A stretch of 64,000 nt of DNA, from contig CAZKVS010000004.1 in NCBI GenBank assembly GCA_964556325.1, positions 2,439 to 66,438 of the forward strand, written 5' to 3'. This document shows positions 28,215-36,527 of the stretch, in pieces. Every line of letters begins with the position of its first letter. The stretch's first letter is position 1. Origin of the DNA: an uncultured Candidatus Saccharibacteria bacterium. GTDB lineage: Bacteria; Patescibacteriota; Doudnabacteria; UBA920. The position numbers were made by a program, and so were the translations under genes. The notes beneath the pieces were generated by a model that did no database searches, was not told the DNA's origin, and was given only the letters and a program-made list of their open reading frames with translations.

Positions 28215-30143
28215 ATGAATCTTTCTAGTCTGTCCTCAGAACTTAATTTATCCATCCAAGAACTCCGAACCAAAGCGGCTGCGGCAGGCTTTTTTATATC
28301 ACCCCGGGCGAATAAACTGGACAATTCCTTAGCTAAACAAATTTTAGACAAACTGAAACAGCAACCCAGAAACACCCCCACCCCTCAGCCTGCAGCGAAC
28401 ACAGTAGTAGAGTTGCCTTCTTTTATCAAAGTACGGGAATTTGCCTTACTATTAAACCGACCGGTTGTAGAAGTCATAAAAGTTCTCATACAAAATGGCG
28501 TCATGGCCACCATTAACGAAGAGATAGACTACGACACCGCAGCCATTATTGCTCAAGATTTAGGATTTGAAGTTCAAGCGCAAGCTACAGAAAATAAAGC
28601 CAACGCAGGCTTGGGCCTCCTTCACGAAATACTTACGGGAGAGCAACCGAAGGACATGACACAACGCCCACCGATAGTGGCCGTAATGGGTCATGTGGAC
28701 CACGGAAAGACCACCTTACTTGACGCCATTAGGCAAGCAAATGTGGTAGGAGGTGAATCCGGCGGAATTACTCAACACATTGGCGCGTACCAAGTGAAAC
28801 ACAACGGCAAGCTCATAACTTTTCTCGATACTCCTGGTCATGAAGCGTTCTCTGAAATGCGCGCCCGCGGTGCAAACGTTACCGATTTAATTGTATTAGT
28901 AGTGGCAGCGGACGATGGCGTACGACCCCAAACTGTTGAAGTTATTAATCGTGCTAAGTTTTCAGACGTTCCCATTATTGTTGCTATAAACAAAGTAGAT
29001 AAGGAAAACGCCAACCCCATGCGCGTTAAGCAAGAGTTGGCTGGTCTTGGTGTTGTGACTGAGGACTGGGGCGGTAAAACCATAGCAGTAGAAGTTTCCG
29101 CCAAACAACGCAAAGGAATAGAAGCATTACTAGACATGATTTTGCTTTCCGCTGAGGTAGAAAATTTTCAAGCTAACCCGAGCGGTAAAACGGTTGGAAC
29201 GGTTATCGAGTCTCACACTGAAAGTGGCAAGGGTCCTGTGGCAAGCGTTATTATCCAAAACGGAACTCTGGAAATTGGAGACATCATCGTAGCAGGAAGT
29301 GGGTACGGTAGAGTAAAAAGCCTGGAAGACGAGTACGGCAAAAAGGTAAAAAACGCCACACCTTCTACTCCAGTGGAAATTGCCGGTTTCTCTATTGCAC
29401 CCCAAGCTGGGGATATTTTACGCAAACTCGACTCAATCGAAAAAGCGAAAGAAATTTCAGATTTTTCACTGAAACAACAAAGGAGCCACACCCTCCGTTC
29501 TAAAAAACAGCTCCAAGGTGACATGACTAGCAAGTCTTTGAACCTCATTATTAAAGCCGATGTAGCAGGCTCACTAGAAGCTATCGAGCAGTCTCTTGGC
29601 AAACTTAAGAACGATGAGGTTACCTTAAATATTATTAGTAAAGGGGTAGGAGAAGTAAACGAGTCAGATGTATTACTTGCTTCTAGCAGCAACGCCGCAA
29701 TTATTGCTTTCCGCTCAAAGACCAACCCTAAGGCAATCAACCTCGCAAAACAGAAACAAGTCAGCGTAGACACCTACGAAGTTATTTACGAACTACTCGA
29801 GGACATCACTACTGCGGTAGTAAAACTCTTCACACCTGAATACGAACGCACCTCATTTGGCAAAGGTCAAATACTCGCTATTTTCCGTACGGAAAAGAAC
29901 CAGATGATTATCGGAGGCAAAGTTGCGTCTGGAGAAATACGAAAGAATAAACAAGTAGCAGTGTGGCGCGGTGAGGTTGAAGTAGGCCACGGAGAAATTC
30001 TTGAACTGCAAGAGAGCAAAATTGCCACCAAAGAAGTAGCGAGCGGTCGAGAATTTGGCATGAAAATAAAAATAGCCAGCAGACTACAAGTAGGCGATGT
30101 GTTAGAGTCCTACGAAGAAACGCTTAAACAGAAAACCCTTTAA
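28215..30143 (+). CDS. infB: Translation initiation factor IF-2
   Basis: G-domain VAVMGHVDHGKTTLLDAIR, DTPGHEAF, NKVD; C-terminal beta-barrels. Confidence 0.95.
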   Translation: MNLSSLSSELNLSIQELRTKAAAAGFFISPRANKLDNSLAKQILDKLKQQPRNTPTPQPAANTVVELPSFIKVREFALLLNRPVVEVIKVLIQNGVMATINEEIDYDTAAIIAQDLGFEVQAQATENKANAGLGLLHEILTGEQPKDMTQRPPIVAVMGHVDHGKTTLLDAIRQANVVGGESGGITQHIGAYQVKHNGKLITFLDTPGHEAFSEMRARGANVTDLIVLVVAADDGVRPQTVEVINRAKFSDVPIIVAINKVDKENANPMRVKQELAGLGVVTEDWGGKTIAVEVSAKQRKGIEALLDMILLSAEVENFQANPSGKTVGTVIESHTESGKGPVASVIIQNGTLEIGDIIVAGSGYGRVKSLEDEYGKKVKNATPSTPVEIAGFSIAPQAGDILRKLDSIEKAKEISDFSLKQQRSHTLRSKKQLQGDMTSKSLNLIIKADVAGSLEAIEQSLGKLKNDEVTLNIISKGVGEVNESDVLLASSSNAAIIAFRSKTNPKAINLAKQKQVSVDTYEVIYELLEDITTAVVKLFTPEYERTSFGKGQILAIFRTEKNQMIIGGKVASGEIRKNKQVAVWRGEVEVGHGEILELQESKIATKEVASGREFGMKIKIASRLQVGDVLESYEETLKQKTL

Positions 30144-30228
30144 CAAAGCAGAAGTCAGAATTTAGAATGCAGAAGTAAAGAGCTTATTCTCAATTCTAAA
30201 TTCATGATTCTGCATTCTACGTTTATCT
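30143..30228. repeat. AT-rich palindromic intergenic element, second copy (downstream of infB)
   Basis: gcagaagtcagaatttagaatgcagaagt...attctaaattcatgattctgcattctac. Confidence 0.55.
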
Positions 30229-30229
30229 C

Positions 30230-30601
30230 ATGCCCACCGACCAAAAAGAGCCACGACTACGCGTAACGCGTCTACAAAGCCTCATCCAGGAATTACTCGG
30301 TAAAATATTACCCGAGTATTTAAGCGATGCGAAAGCATTGGTCACCGTAAGCCAGGTAGAGGTAAGTGGCGACTTACGCCATGCAAAGGTGTGGCTTTCA
30401 GTATTGGGTGGCAATGACGACGCCGTCTTTAAAACCTTGGAAAAAAACATGTACCAAATTCAGGGGGATTTAAACCGTGAGCTGCCCATGAAGATGATTC
30501 CCCGACTCCAGTTTCAGCTGGATACAAGCCCTCGGTACGCAGAACATATTTCCGAACTCATCAATCGCATACACACTGATGACCACGCCGACACCATTTA
30601 A
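30230..30601 (+). CDS. rbfA: Ribosome-binding factor A
   Basis: KH-like RbfA signature ..SDAKALVTVSQVEVSGDLRHAKVWLSVLG.. Confidence 0.85.
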   Translation: MPTDQKEPRLRVTRLQSLIQELLGKILPEYLSDAKALVTVSQVEVSGDLRHAKVWLSVLGGNDDAVFKTLEKNMYQIQGDLNRELPMKMIPRLQFQLDTSPRYAEHISELINRIHTDDHADTI

Positions 30602-31586
30602 CACCAATATACTTACGGCCGATAGCTTAGCCGCCCTCACACTGCTTCAAGGTAAGCAGCGTGTTTTTTTGACAACCCACGAACGAACCGATGGTGATGA
30701 TTTAGGAACCGTGTTAGCCCTCGGACACGCCTTGAAAAGCCAAGGCAAACACGTAACTATAGGCATACGAGGCGGTGTTCCGAGCTCGCTTATGTTTCTC
30801 CCCGGAAGTACCCTCGTAACCGAAGACGCACCCCCTGCAGATACAGAAGTTATTATTGTCTCCGGCTGTTCTAGCCTAACACGCACCGGCCTACCACTTG
30901 AGTCTTTTAACGCGCCAATTATAAATTTCGACCACCACCCCGACAATACACGGTTCGGCACAGTAAACCTTGTAGACGCCAGCATGTCTTCCGTTGCTGA
31001 GCTTGCCTATCATTTTTGTAGAATTGTAAATTGGCCTGTTGAAAACGAAATGGCCGTATGTTTACTCACAGGAATGATGAGCGACACAGGATCATTCCTA
31101 CATAGCAACACCCAGCCTTCTACACTCTATGCGGCATCCAATCTCATGAATAAGGGTGCGCGGACAACTACCATTGCCAATAACACATTTAAAGGAAAAA
31201 CGCTCCCGGCTCTGAAAGCATGGGGTAGGGCGCTTGCCAATACGTGGTACGACACAGAGAAAAGCATGGTCTGCAGCATTATAACCAACCAGGACCTGCA
31301 AGAACTAAACCATCCACCCCAAAGCGCATTTGAAGGTATAGTGGAGACTATTAATAAAATCCCCGAAGCCCGGTTTGCTTTATTTCTAAAACAAGACGGC
31401 CCTATTGTTAAAGGAAGCCTGCGAAGTGATCCACACAAACCACTCGGAGGACTCGATGTGGGCAGTTTAGCAAGATTGCTTGGCGGAGGAGGCCACCGGA
31501 ACGCTGCAGGCTTCTCTTTCGAAGGCACACTGGTAAAACAAGACAATAAGTGGCTTATCACCCACCCCGCTCTTAAACCCATATAA
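30579..31586 (+). CDS. nrnA: DHH/DHHA1 phosphoesterase (NrnA-type nanoRNase/pAp phosphatase)
   Basis: DHH motifs (TTHERTDGDDLGT; NFDHHPDN), C-terminal DHHA1 GGGGHRNAAG. Confidence 0.8.
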   Translation: MTTPTPFNTNILTADSLAALTLLQGKQRVFLTTHERTDGDDLGTVLALGHALKSQGKHVTIGIRGGVPSSLMFLPGSTLVTEDAPPADTEVIIVSGCSSLTRTGLPLESFNAPIINFDHHPDNTRFGTVNLVDASMSSVAELAYHFCRIVNWPVENEMAVCLLTGMMSDTGSFLHSNTQPSTLYAASNLMNKGARTTTIANNTFKGKTLPALKAWGRALANTWYDTEKSMVCSIITNQDLQELNHPPQSAFEGIVETINKIPEARFALFLKQDGPIVKGSLRSDPHKPLGGLDVGSLARLLGGGGHRNAAGFSFEGTLVKQDNKWLITHPALKPI

Positions 31587-31614
31587 AAATCCCGACCATA
31601 AGTCGGGATTTTTA
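31586..31614 (+). terminator. Terminator aaaaatcccgaccataagtcgggattttt
   Basis: 8-bp stem plus T tract after nrnA. Confidence 0.6.
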
Positions 31615-31682
31615 TATTGGTGCCCATTTTTCTCGTCCCCTAATAACCATAAAACTACAGCCATATAATGACTGTAGTTTTA

Positions 31683-31770
31683 TGGTGCCCAGGAGAGGAC
31701 TCGAACCTCCACGGGATTGCTCCCACATCCACCTCAAGGATGCGTGTATACCAAATTCCACCACCTGGGC
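31683..31770 (-). tRNA. tRNA-Leu(GAG), type II, CCA encoded
   Basis: Acceptor GCCCAGG/CCTGGGC, anticodon stem CATCC/GGATG, loop UUGAGGU, long variable arm, T-arm GGAGG-TTCGAGT-CCTCT. Confidence 0.85.
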
Positions 31771-32018
31771 CCTATTGAATTAGCTCACCAATTATAACTA
31801 AAGTTGGCTTAATGTTCAAGCTTTAGACTTGCTAAAGAGAAGAGTATTTGTTACACTACTTTCGTTCTTCTCGAAGCCTCAAACAGGTCTAAAACATATC
31901 CCGAAAGGCTATATAGGGACGGTTAGCTTCCGACTTCGCGTAAAGCTACGTCGGACAAGCAGTGCAAAAAGAACATATTTACTGCACGGCTCGCCCTACG
32001 AAACTCATAGTGTAGTAG

Positions 32019-32094
32019 GGACGGTTAGCTCAGTTGGTAGAGCGCTTCGTTTACACCGAAGATGTCACAGGTTCGAGTCCTGTACCGTCCACCA
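32019..32094 (+). tRNA. tRNA-Val(TAC), CCA encoded
   Basis: GGACGGTTAGCTCAGTTGGTAGAGCGCTTCGTTTACACCGAAGATGTCACAGGTTCGAGTCCTGTACCGTCCACCA. Confidence 0.9.
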
Positions 32095-32239
32095 CTTCTT
32101 CTCCGCCAGCTGGCGGATACGAAGTGCAAGCATAATACTTAGAATTCTACAGTCTAAGAGTTTAATCGCTTTGCTGCCTGAGCGAAGAAGTGTCCTTCGA
32201 AGCTTTAGCGCAGTAGGACCGGACAACAAACTGCGACGA

Positions 32240-32314
32240 GCCTCGGTAGCTCAATGGTAGAGCGAAGCCCTGAAGAGGCTTGCGTTGTCAGTTCGATTCT
32301 GACCCGAGGCACCA
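32240..32314 (+). tRNA. tRNA-Phe(GAA), CCA encoded
   Basis: GCCTCGGTAGCTCAATGGTAGAGCGAAGCCCTGAAGAGGCTTGCGTTGTCAGTTCGATTCTGACCCGAGGCACCA. Confidence 0.9.
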
Positions 32315-32448
32315 CAGTATTTCAGATAAAACTTTTACACTTGGGCCGAAGCTTTGTGAGGTTAAGCGTAAAAGTTAGAGGAGCAGTTGTGGAAGCGCAA
32401 AGCTTTTGACCTTAGTCAAAACCGAGTGGCTGGAACAAACTGCGACGA

Positions 32449-32522
32449 GCGGGTATGGTTCAATGGTAGAACTCCTCCTTGCCAAGGAGGGGATAGGGGT
32501 TCGATTCCCCTTACCCGCTCCA
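32449..32522 (+). tRNA. tRNA-Gly(GCC), CCA encoded
   Basis: GCGGGTATGGTTCAATGGTAGAACTCCTCCTTGCCAAGGAGGGGATAGGGGTTCGATTCCCCTTACCCGCTCCA. Confidence 0.9.
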
Positions 32523-32558
32523 AAAGAAAAGACATCATAGAATGATGTCTTTTCTTTT
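32523..32558 (+). terminator. Terminator aaaagaaaagacatcatagaatgatgtcttttctttt
   Basis: Long perfect hairpin after tRNA-Gly. Confidence 0.65.
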
Positions 32559-32562
32559 GGAG

Positions 32563-32850
32563 AAAATCTGGTAAGGCGAATCGAAAGGAACCATCCTCCG
32601 GTGTACACCGGAGGAATTTCATCTGAATACTTGGAGGATGAAATAGTGGCGAGGTCGCGTTAGATGAGACTTGACGCGACTCTTAAGGAGCTAAAAGTCC
32701 ATCGTGGGCGACCGATTCCCCGCTCCAGCTATAGTTAGAGTATTGAGAAGAACCAAATGAGAGAGGGCCCGCGTTAGGCGTTATACGAATCAATCCGCCA
32801 GCCGGCGGAGAGATGAGTATAGCCGTGGGCGGGTCGATTCGCCTTACCCA
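32563..32850 (+). repeat. tRNA-linked structured repeat element, copy 3 (core 32563-32723) plus 'tail' module (32750-32826) and tRNA-Gly 3'-end-like fragment (32827-32850)
   Basis: Core about 85% identical to copy 2. Tail (gcgttaggcgttatacgaatcaatccgccagccggcgg..tatagccgtgggcgggtcgattcgccttaccc) is homologous to the tail of copy 1 and ends in tcgattcgccttaccc, matching tRNA-Gly tcgattccccttaccc. Confidence 0.65.
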
Positions 32851-33254
32851 TTAACCCATAACGAGTAACCAGCCTTACCCTACTATGTAACACTTTAGTC
32901 CACCCGACGATTAAAATGGTAAGAACTAGTGCATCTAGTGTTTTCAATACAGAAAAAACAATAATACCTTATAAATAAGCGATATTGCCAAAAATTAGAT
33001 AAGTCTAGCTAAAAAAGTCAAACACCCGTTGCTCTTGACAGCCTTTTTGACGCCCAAGCTTGGCTGAAAAAACAAATCTCCCCATAAATAAAGCAAAATA
33101 TGCCTTATAAGCATTGACCAAAACCCCATATTTTGCGATAATATATTCAGATAAGTTCTGCGAAAGCAGGATTTTTTGTTTGCCTCTCAGAGGCTATATA
33201 GAGCTTATCCTAGCTGTAATGTACAGCTACTTACTTAACTAGGAAGAAAGGGTT

Positions 33255-33917
33255 TTGAACACAATGACAACTCCTATCTCCCATGTAGAGCATAAAGGTG
33301 CTGCCATACTTATGTTTGTTGCAGCCTTGGTGTTTAGCTTTCCAGAGAGTTCTCTGGCTGCTAGCCCTGCCCTTACTGGAAACCAGAGTTTAGTCTTTGA
33401 GCTCAAACAAAACGCTTTAGAGAATATCAAGCCTTCTTCATTAACTATAGAAGAAGTTAAACAAAACGACATTCTTATTAAAAAGCTCCGAGCTTATTTA
33501 GAAGCTAAAAATTCCCCGCTCGCAATATATGCTGATCAAATTGTGGAACAGCCACAATGGCCTCGTGCCTTGGCTATCAGCTGGCAGGAAAGCCAGTTTG
33601 GTAAGTACTGCCACAGCAACAACTGTAGCGGTATTGGTGGTAGCCCAAGCCAAAAGTCTTGGCGCAAATATGAAACCAAGTTAGATTGGTTTAAAGACAT
33701 GTCTGCGCTTATGGAAAAGCCTATATATAGCAAAAAGTACACCGACTGTAAAAAGATGAATGGTGTATACAACGCAGGAAGCAAAAATTGGGAATGGTCT
33801 TGTATCCAGAAGAGTAAAGAACTTCTCAACCTTATTGCCGACGCCGAACAAGAACGCATTGCGTTAGTAAGCCAAGGAAGTGGTTATACCAACACCCAGC
33901 TTGCTATAGCTCAGTAA
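33255..33917 (+). CDS. Secreted hypothetical protein (Cys-containing; weak resemblance to lytic-transglycosylase ES motif)
   Basis: 220 aa, signal peptide (AAILMFVAALVFSFPESSLA); AISWQESQFG motif; function uncertain. Confidence 0.5.
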   Translation: MNTMTTPISHVEHKGAAILMFVAALVFSFPESSLAASPALTGNQSLVFELKQNALENIKPSSLTIEEVKQNDILIKKLRAYLEAKNSPLAIYADQIVEQPQWPRALAISWQESQFGKYCHSNNCSGIGGSPSQKSWRKYETKLDWFKDMSALMEKPIYSKKYTDCKKMNGVYNAGSKNWEWSCIQKSKELLNLIADAEQERIALVSQGSGYTNTQLAIAQ

Positions 33918-33930
33918 AATATACCGTTTA

Positions 33931-33958
33931 ACCTCCCCCCAACCGGTGGGAGGTTTTT
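33931..33958 (+). terminator. Terminator cctcccc-ccaaccggtg-ggagg + T tract
   Basis: Hairpin followed by tttttta. Confidence 0.55.
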
Positions 33959-34012
33959 TATACACCTTCGATTATGAAAAAATACACACTGATTTTGTCA
34001 GTGTGTATTTTT

Positions 34013-34097
34013 TGGTGCCCGAGGAGGGACTCGAACCCTCAATCCTTTCGGCACAACATTTTAAGTGTCGCGTGTATACCAGTTCCACCACTCGGGC
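34013..34097 (-). tRNA. tRNA-Leu(TAA), type II, CCA encoded
   Basis: Acceptor GCCCGAG/CTCGGGC, anticodon stem CGACA/TGTTG, loop CUUAAAA, variable arm, T-arm GAGGG-TTCGAGT-CCCTC. Confidence 0.85.
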
Positions 34098-34102
34098 CTA
34101 AA

Positions 34103-34582
34103 TTAAATTTTACTCCGGGTTTGATTTTTACCTCTATGAGTCGACTGTAAACTATGGCAGTTCGGGCACAGTATGCGCAAGTTCTCTAAACGATTATCTG
34201 AATGATTACCGTTTATATGGTCAAGCTCTACCGGCACTCGTCCATCTATAGATTTCTCTGCCCACCCGCACAATTCGCAACGAGCAATTTTTAGCCCGGC
34301 CGTAAATAGCCGTAGCTTTAATTTATGACTTTGAAAAGGTGTGCCTCTTTGGAGTATTTGTTCCAGCGAGACTCTCTCCACACCAACTCCACGAAGGCCT
34401 TTGTTCCAAAGTTTGCCGGTAAAATGTGCTGTACTCAAACCTTGTTGAGTTATCGCCGTTTGGACTTGCTGATAATTCCCACCAGCAGGTATTAAGCCAA
34501 GTAACTTGATTACCTGGCGCAAGCTCCTAGATTGCTCAACTGCTTCTTGCAAATTTTGATTCGTCCACTTCCTTGACCTCAT
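34103..34582 (-). CDS. HNH endonuclease
   Basis: C-terminal CELCGW..ELDHINGNHSDNRLENLRILCPNCHS HNH motif with two CxxC pairs; sits between tRNA-Leu and tRNA-Cys. Confidence 0.8.
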   Translation of the reverse strand: MRSRKWTNQNLQEAVEQSRSLRQVIKLLGLIPAGGNYQQVQTAITQQGLSTAHFTGKLWNKGLRGVGVERVSLEQILQRGTPFQSHKLKLRLFTAGLKIARCELCGWAEKSIDGRVPVELDHINGNHSDNRLENLRILCPNCHSLQSTHRGKNQTRSKI

Positions 34583-34635
34583 ACTTTATTGTACCCAAAA
34601 GGTACACGTCAGTAAAAGGTTCACGGAAAAAAATT

Positions 34636-34710
34636 TGGAGGTGCGAGCGGGATTCGAACCCGCGCATGGCGGTTTTGCAGACCGCAGTGTTACCACTTCA
34701 CCATCGCACC
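34636..34710 (-). tRNA. tRNA-Cys(GCA), CCA encoded
   Basis: GGTGCGATGGTGAAGTGGTAACACTGCGGTCTGCAAAACCGCCATGCGCGGGTTCGAATCCCGCTCGCACCTCCA. Confidence 0.9.
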
Positions 34711-35031
34711 ATATCTACTGCTGGTAGGCCTACATCGAGCCCCTACCACTTAGCCATTTTAATAAAAAAGCCAAAAATAAGCAATGTTTGTGGAAAATAA
34801 TGCATATTTGAAAGATATTTATTCTATACGATATACTTGACATTATGTCAACATACTTGTAAAATATACTTATCCGACTTAGAGCTTACTGAATTTGGCA
34901 AAAATCATGCAATTTGCCGCATAACTGTGAGTTCTAAGCAAAACCCGGAACCACTATCGACATCACCGCCCTAGTTGCATCGTAAGCAAGTATGGGCATC
35001 TCTTTCACAATTTGAATTCGAGGGAAACAAA

Positions 35032-36393
35032 ATGAAGCGAAGAATTTTCACTTTTGCGCTCGCGCTCACTTTTGCGCTCGCGCTCGTCGCACCATTCGCC
35101 ACTTTCGCCCAAAACGGCGCAGGTCAACCATCAACGTTCAACGTTGAGAACCTCAGTCGTCACCCCGTTGCTGACGGTGAAACTTTGATCGGACAAACGG
35201 GCACCAGCAAGTTGCAAAACGAACAAAACTGGCGCCAGCTTGCCGATTGGAACTCTCAAGTCAAAGACCCGGGGCGATTCAAGGTTTTTGTTAACGGCCA
35301 AAAGAAGGCAGTGAGCTTCGAAGAAGCGATGACATTCGTCAATGAAGCGCCGATTTTCTTTTACTGGAAACGACCCGAGGTCTTTCGCGGTCTTAACGAA
35401 CTCGGCTTCCAGGTCGGCAACAATCAAACGACAATCGTCAACAAGCCGGCAGAGACTGCAGAGTCGCTTATCCTGCCGCCAAAGCAAGAAGTCAGTAACG
35501 CGTACAGCTCAGCTTCAACCTGGCTACTCGGACTGCTATTGCTGGTTTTGCTCGTAGCGTTTGCAATCTGGGCGTATGCTCAGTATCTCAAACGACGACG
35601 CGGAAATGCGGCAAATGGAGGGCCGCGAATGGAGCCGAACCCAGTAACAAACGCCAACGTTGCAATCGTTTTCGCCCAGCACGCCGCAAACGAGTACAAT
35701 TCTGGTCGAGGTGGTTTTGCCATCCCGGCTGAAAGGTTCCAGATTGACCGCAGCACACTCCGCCGATGGATTGGCGTAGGACCCATTAATGTGTCCTACA
35801 ACGGCCGGCCGGCACAATTACGACACCTCAACCACGAAACCGTCTACACTGCGGACGTTGTCCTGCCAAACGAACAACGCCAAAACCGTATGATGCTCCA
35901 GGCGTGCGGCAATGACCTCACTTATGGATCAATGTCCTACCTCCCTGGCGTTGGCTTCCGACTTTACTCGCCGGAAGAAATCGTGGTTCCCACTGAAATC
36001 ATCGAGGTCCCAACCGAGGCACAACCGCAAATCAGCCGCGCCGACATCGAGCAGACAATGAGGACCGTGTTGGCGGAAATGACCAAGGCCGAGCCGGAGC
36101 AAAACACCGATCTCATCATCCGCAGAAAATCGGATGGCGCGCATACCATCACGGCAGGCGCCTTTGGCCCCTATAACTTCGGCGACCTGACGAAAGCAGG
36201 CCTGAGCATCGAGCCTATCATTGGCGATGGAAAGGTTGTCGGCTTCACGATTAACGGACTGCCGAGCAGTCTAGTGTTTCGTGAAAATACAATCAACATC
36301 CTCCCACCGGCAGATTCGATGGATGGCGACGAAAAGAAAGCTCTTTCAGCAAGTGCCGGGGCGGGCCTTTTGACGGCAGGCACCAAGCAGTAA
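35032..36393 (+). CDS. Hypothetical secreted/bitopic protein (signal peptide, central TM, C-terminal domain)
   Basis: Start at Met preceded by gagggaaacaaa; signal peptide FALALTFALALVAPFATFA, TM WLLGLLLLVLLVAFAIWAY. Confidence 0.55.
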   Translation: MKRRIFTFALALTFALALVAPFATFAQNGAGQPSTFNVENLSRHPVADGETLIGQTGTSKLQNEQNWRQLADWNSQVKDPGRFKVFVNGQKKAVSFEEAMTFVNEAPIFFYWKRPEVFRGLNELGFQVGNNQTTIVNKPAETAESLILPPKQEVSNAYSSASTWLLGLLLLVLLVAFAIWAYAQYLKRRRGNAANGGPRMEPNPVTNANVAIVFAQHAANEYNSGRGGFAIPAERFQIDRSTLRRWIGVGPINVSYNGRPAQLRHLNHETVYTADVVLPNEQRQNRMMLQACGNDLTYGSMSYLPGVGFRLYSPEEIVVPTEIIEVPTEAQPQISRADIEQTMRTVLAEMTKAEPEQNTDLIIRRKSDGAHTITAGAFGPYNFGDLTKAGLSIEPIIGDGKVVGFTINGLPSSLVFRENTINILPPADSMDGDEKKALSASAGAGLLTAGTKQ

Positions 36394-36410
36394 TTCGCTT
36401 CAATAAAGCA

Positions 36411-36453
36411 ATCAGGCCAGACGTGGACTCAATATCCATTGTTCTGGCCTGAT
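36411..36453 (+). terminator. Terminator aatcaggccagac...gttctggcctgatt + T tract
   Basis: 13-bp stem. Confidence 0.55.
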
Positions 36454-36527
36454 TTATTTTTGGAAAAAACTACAACGCAAAAGGCGCTTCACGTGAAGCG
36501 CCTTTTCTTTTTTATAGGAATAACTGT

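Noticed and set aside
31829-32260. 143-aa plus-strand ORF
   Set aside because: Spans tRNA-Val and the tRNA-Phe leader; spurious read-through of a tRNA array.
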